The translations under genes and the position numbers were made by a program. Positions 58,915-64,000 of a stretch of 64,000 nucleotides of DNA are shown piece by piece. Source of the stretch: an uncultured Bacteroidota bacterium (lineage in GTDB: Bacteria; Bacteroidota; Ignavibacteria; UBA10030; UBA6906); contig CAVOYH010000003.1 of the NCBI GenBank assembly GCA_963700635.1, forward strand, positions 704,001 to 768,000. The letters are read 5' to 3'. The number at the start of each line of letters is the position of its first letter. The first letter of the stretch is position 1. The notes beneath the pieces were generated by a model, which saw nothing but the letters and a program-made list of their open reading frames with translations, was not told the origin of the DNA and made no database searches.

Positions 58915-61631
58915 CGCCGTCCTTTTTGTTTCCTCTTTGGTGCGGACTTTTTCACCGGTTTCGGTTTCGGTTTCGGTTTCGGGGCTGCGGTCTTCTTTTT
59001 TGCAGGCGGCGGGGGGGGTGCTTTTTTCTTCCCGGCGGACTGTGTCTCTGCGCCACGGACGTCAGCCTTCTTCGGTGTCACTTTCCCCTTCCGCTTTCCG
59101 GGGTTTTTTTTTTCATCACCATCGAACAGACTGATCTGCGGCCCGTTGCCATCTCCGTTATCTCCGCCCCCGGTTTTTGCGCCGTTGACGCTGATCGAGT
59201 CATCGTCATCGGAGGGCACGCTGGCGACATCGGATACCGCATCACCGGCATCCAGTTTGATGAGGCGCACGCCCTGCGTGTTCCGGCCTGCGACGCGGAT
59301 ATCGCTGGCGTGCTGGCGGATTACCACACCACGGTCGGTCACGATCACGACGTCGTCTTTTTCTTTCACCTCTTTGATGGCGATCATACGGCCGGTCTTG
59401 TCCGTCGTCTTGACTGTAAAGATCCCTTTCCCGCCCCGGTGGCTGATCCGGTATTCGTCGGTTTCGCTCCGTTTGCCAAAACCTTTTACGGTGGCGACAA
59501 GGATTGTTGTTCCGGACCTTCGCAGCACCACCGCTCCGACCACGCGATCGTTTTTTCCCAACCGTATGCCGCGTACTCCTCCCGCAGCCCGCCCCATGGT
59601 ACGCACCTCCTGTTCGGGAAAACGGACAGCCATACCGTCAGACGTTCCTATCACGACGTGCTGTTTTCCATCCGTAAGGTGGACATCGATGAGGTTGTCC
59701 CCTTTGGCGAGCCCGATGGCATTGATACCACTTTTGCGGGGATTACTAAATTCTTTGAGGAGCGATTTCTTGATGTTTCCTTTTTGTGTGACCATCAGGA
59801 CATTGAGTGGCGCATCGAAGGCTTTTACCGCGACATACGCAACAATAGTTTCGCCGCTCCCCTTTGAGACCAGGTTGGCAACGGATTTTCCGCGAGCGGC
59901 CCTGCTTCCTTCCGGGATCTCGAAGACCTTCAACCAGTAGCAACGCCCCCGGTCCGTAAAGAGCAGGATGTACTCGTGCGTTGAGGCGATAAACATCGCC
60001 TCGATAAAATCGTCTTCTTTGGTCGTTGCCCCGCTGCTGCCGCGTCCACCGCGCGACTGCCTCCGGTATCCGCTCACGGGAGATCGTTTGACAAAACCGT
60101 TATGGCTGATGGTGATGACCACCTGCTCTTCAGCAATCATATCTTCGATGCTGAACTCTTCGGCCTTGTACACGATCTCCGTCCGCCGCTCGTCGCCATA
60201 CTTATCTTTGATTTGTTGCAGTTCTTCGCGTATGATCTGCAATTGAAGCTGTTTGTTCTTCAGAATCGCCTTGAGGCGTTCGATGAGTTTAATCGTTTCA
60301 CGGTACTCATCTTCAATCTTTTTCCGCTCCAATCCGGTCAGGCGCTGCAGGCGCATGTCCAGAATCGCTTTTGCCTGGATCTCCGAGAGCTTGAACTTCT
60401 TCATCATACCGATCTTCGCCGTTTCCGCATCGCGGGACGCTTTGATCAGTTTGATGATCGCGTCGATATTGTCGAGCGCGATAATATATCCCTCAAGGAT
60501 ATGTGCGCGCTTTTCCGCTTCGTCGAGTTCGAACTTGGATCGCCGCACAACCACCTCATTGCGGTGTGCAATGAAGTGCTGCATCATTTCCTTCAGCGTA
60601 AGCACTTTCGGCCGACCATCGACAAGCGCCAGCATGTTGACGCCGAACGTGGTCTGCATCTGGGTGTGCTTGTACAGGTTATTGAGAATCACGTCCGCAT
60701 TGGCATCACGGCGCAGGTCGATCACGATACGGAGTCCATCCCTGTCTGATTCGTCGCGGATGTCGGCGATATCTTCCAGTTTTTTGTCATTCACCATATC
60801 CGCGATTTTTTCGATCAGGTTGGCCTTGTTGACCTGGTACGGGATCTCGGTGACGATGATACTCTGGCGTTCGTTTTTTCCTGTTTCGATGGACGCACGC
60901 GCCCGTACCACAATACGTCCCCGGCCGGTCATATACGCACTTTTGACACCGTCATAGCCGTAGATGATGCCGCCCGTCGGGAAATCCGGCGCTTTGACAA
61001 ACTTCATCATCCGCTCATTGTCAAGGTTTTCGTCCTTGATCAGGGCGATACAGCCATCGATGACTTCATTGAGGTTGTGCGGGGGGATGTTGGTGGCCAT
61101 GCCAACGGCAATTCCGCTGGAGCCGTTCACCAGGAGGTTGGGCACCATGGCCGGAAGCACAGAAGGCTCCCGGAGGGTATCATCAAAATTCGGGACGAAC
61201 TCGACAGTGTTCTTGTCCAGGTCGCGCAGCATCTCTTCGGCAACACGGGCCAACCGGGCTTCCGTATATCGCATGGCCGCAGCTGAGTCGCCGTCCACCG
61301 ATCCGAAGTTTCCCTGACCGTCCACCAGGGGGTAGCGCATCGAAAAATCCTGGGCCATGCGGACCATGGTATCGTACACTGCGGCATCACCGTGAGGGTG
61401 ATACTTGCCGAGCACTTCGCCGACGATACGTGCGGACTTTTTGTACGGCCGGCTTGCAGCGAGGCCAAGATCCTGCATGCCGAACAACACACGCCGGTGA
61501 ACCGGTTTTAGTCCATCCCGGACATCCGGCAGCGCGCGGGAGACGATCACCGACATCGAATAGTCGATGTAGGATCCGCGCATTTCGTCTTCAATATCAA
61601 CAGGGACTATTTTTTCGCTGAGGGTTGCCAT
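58911..61631 (-). CDS. gyrA: DNA gyrase subunit A
   Basis: [24 protein letters not shown], GyrA-box variant QSRGGRG. Confidence 0.98.
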   Translation of the reverse strand: MATLSEKIVPVDIEDEMRGSYIDYSMSVIVSRALPDVRDGLKPVHRRVLFGMQDLGLAASRPYKKSARIVGEVLGKYHPHGDAAVYDTMVRMAQDFSMRYPLVDGQGNFGSVDGDSAAAMRYTEARLARVAEEMLRDLDKNTVEFVPNFDDTLREPSVLPAMVPNLLVNGSSGIAVGMATNIPPHNLNEVIDGCIALIKDENLDNERMMKFVKAPDFPTGGIIYGYDGVKSAYMTGRGRIVVRARASIETGKNERQSIIVTEIPYQVNKANLIEKIADMVNDKKLEDIADIRDESDRDGLRIVIDLRRDANADVILNNLYKHTQMQTTFGVNMLALVDGRPKVLTLKEMMQHFIAHRNEVVVRRSKFELDEAEKRAHILEGYIIALDNIDAIIKLIKASRDAETAKIGMMKKFKLSEIQAKAILDMRLQRLTGLERKKIEDEYRETIKLIERLKAILKNKQLQLQIIREELQQIKDKYGDERRTEIVYKAEEFSIEDMIAEEQVVITISHNGFVKRSPVSGYRRQSRGGRGSSGATTKEDDFIEAMFIASTHEYILLFTDRGRCYWLKVFEIPEGSRAARGKSVANLVSKGSGETIVAYVAVKAFDAPLNVLMVTQKGNIKKSLLKEFSNPRKSGINAIGLAKGDNLIDVHLTDGKQHVVIGTSDGMAVRFPEQEVRTMGRAAGGVRGIRLGKNDRVVGAVVLRRSGTTILVATVKGFGKRSETDEYRISHRGGKGIFTVKTTDKTGRMIAIKEVKEKDDVVIVTDRGVVIRQHASDIRVAGRNTQGVRLIKLDAGDAVSDVASVPSDDDDSISVNGAKTGGGDNGDGNGPQISLFDGDEKKNPGKRKGKVTPKKADVRGAETQSAGKKKAPPPPPAKKKTAAPKPKPKPKPVKKSAPKRKQKGRR
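58957..58980. repeat. (GGTTTC)4 microsatellite encoding Lys-Pro repeats in the GyrA tail
   Basis: Four perfect hexamer copies read directly from the sequence. Confidence 0.9.
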
Positions 61632-61655
61632 ACCAGAAGTCTCTTTGTAAGGTTC

Positions 61656-63764
<2,109 letters not shown>

Positions 63765-63998
63765 CTATCGAAACCGAATATCCTTGACCACCTTTGAACC
63801 CGCTGCCTCATTCAGCTTCGCAATAATCTCAAGCCGTTTGAGCGAGAGTTCTGCCCGCCACGGCGCCGTGGTGACACTGACATAGAGCACGCCGTTTTCA
63901 ATACGTTGCGGGCGGGCAACACGGGCGATCTGCTCTCCGACCGTTTCCTCCCACCCCGTAATTACAGAGTATCGCCGCAGCGTCTGGTCTATGCCGAG
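63765..63998 (-). CDS. dciA: DUF721/DciA family protein (5' partial; not in ORF track)
   Basis: Manual translation: LGIDQTLRRYSVITGWEETVGEQIARVARPQRIENGVLYVSVTTAPWRAELSLKRLEIIAKLNEAAGSKVVKDIRFR*; lies upstream of gyrB. Confidence 0.85.
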   Translation of the reverse strand, partial: LGIDQTLRRYSVITGWEETVGEQIARVARPQRIENGVLYVSVTTAPWRAELSLKRLEIIAKLNEAAGSKVVKDIRFR

Positions 63999-64000
63999 CG

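Overview
A moderately GC-rich bacterial chromosome segment. Gene content and order (miaB / sigma54 activator / lptE cluster, Bacteroidota-type rpoZ, three SurA/PpiC paralogues followed by MoxR and VWA genes) suggest the FCB group, probably Ignavibacteria/Bacteroidota-like; this is an inference. It is mostly housekeeping and probably near the origin: pdxJ, etfBA, rpsT, miaB, pta, metal ABC transporter, anmK, nfo, rsgA, dnaB, udg, coaBC, rpoZ, gmk, yicC, rqcH, surA, gyrA, gyrB and a partial dciA. I found no rRNA, tRNA, CRISPR array or mobile element. The standout is a co-oriented three-gene module at 3007-7374 (- strand). It encodes a divergent ECF-sigma-like protein, a soluble zinc-finger (HxxxCxxC) anti-sigma-like protein, and an ATPase-less membrane protein with a Lon-type Ser-Lys protease domain on one side of a TM helix and an FG-GAP repeat domain on the other. 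This is a candidate protease-triggered transmembrane signalling system. Other notable items are an OmpA-like domain inserted into a parvulin PPIase, a DnaA-box cluster at 47.9-48.0 kb, and a heavily frameshifted sugar ABC locus that is probably an assembly artefact. All calls come from motif recognition by eye; no database searches were run.
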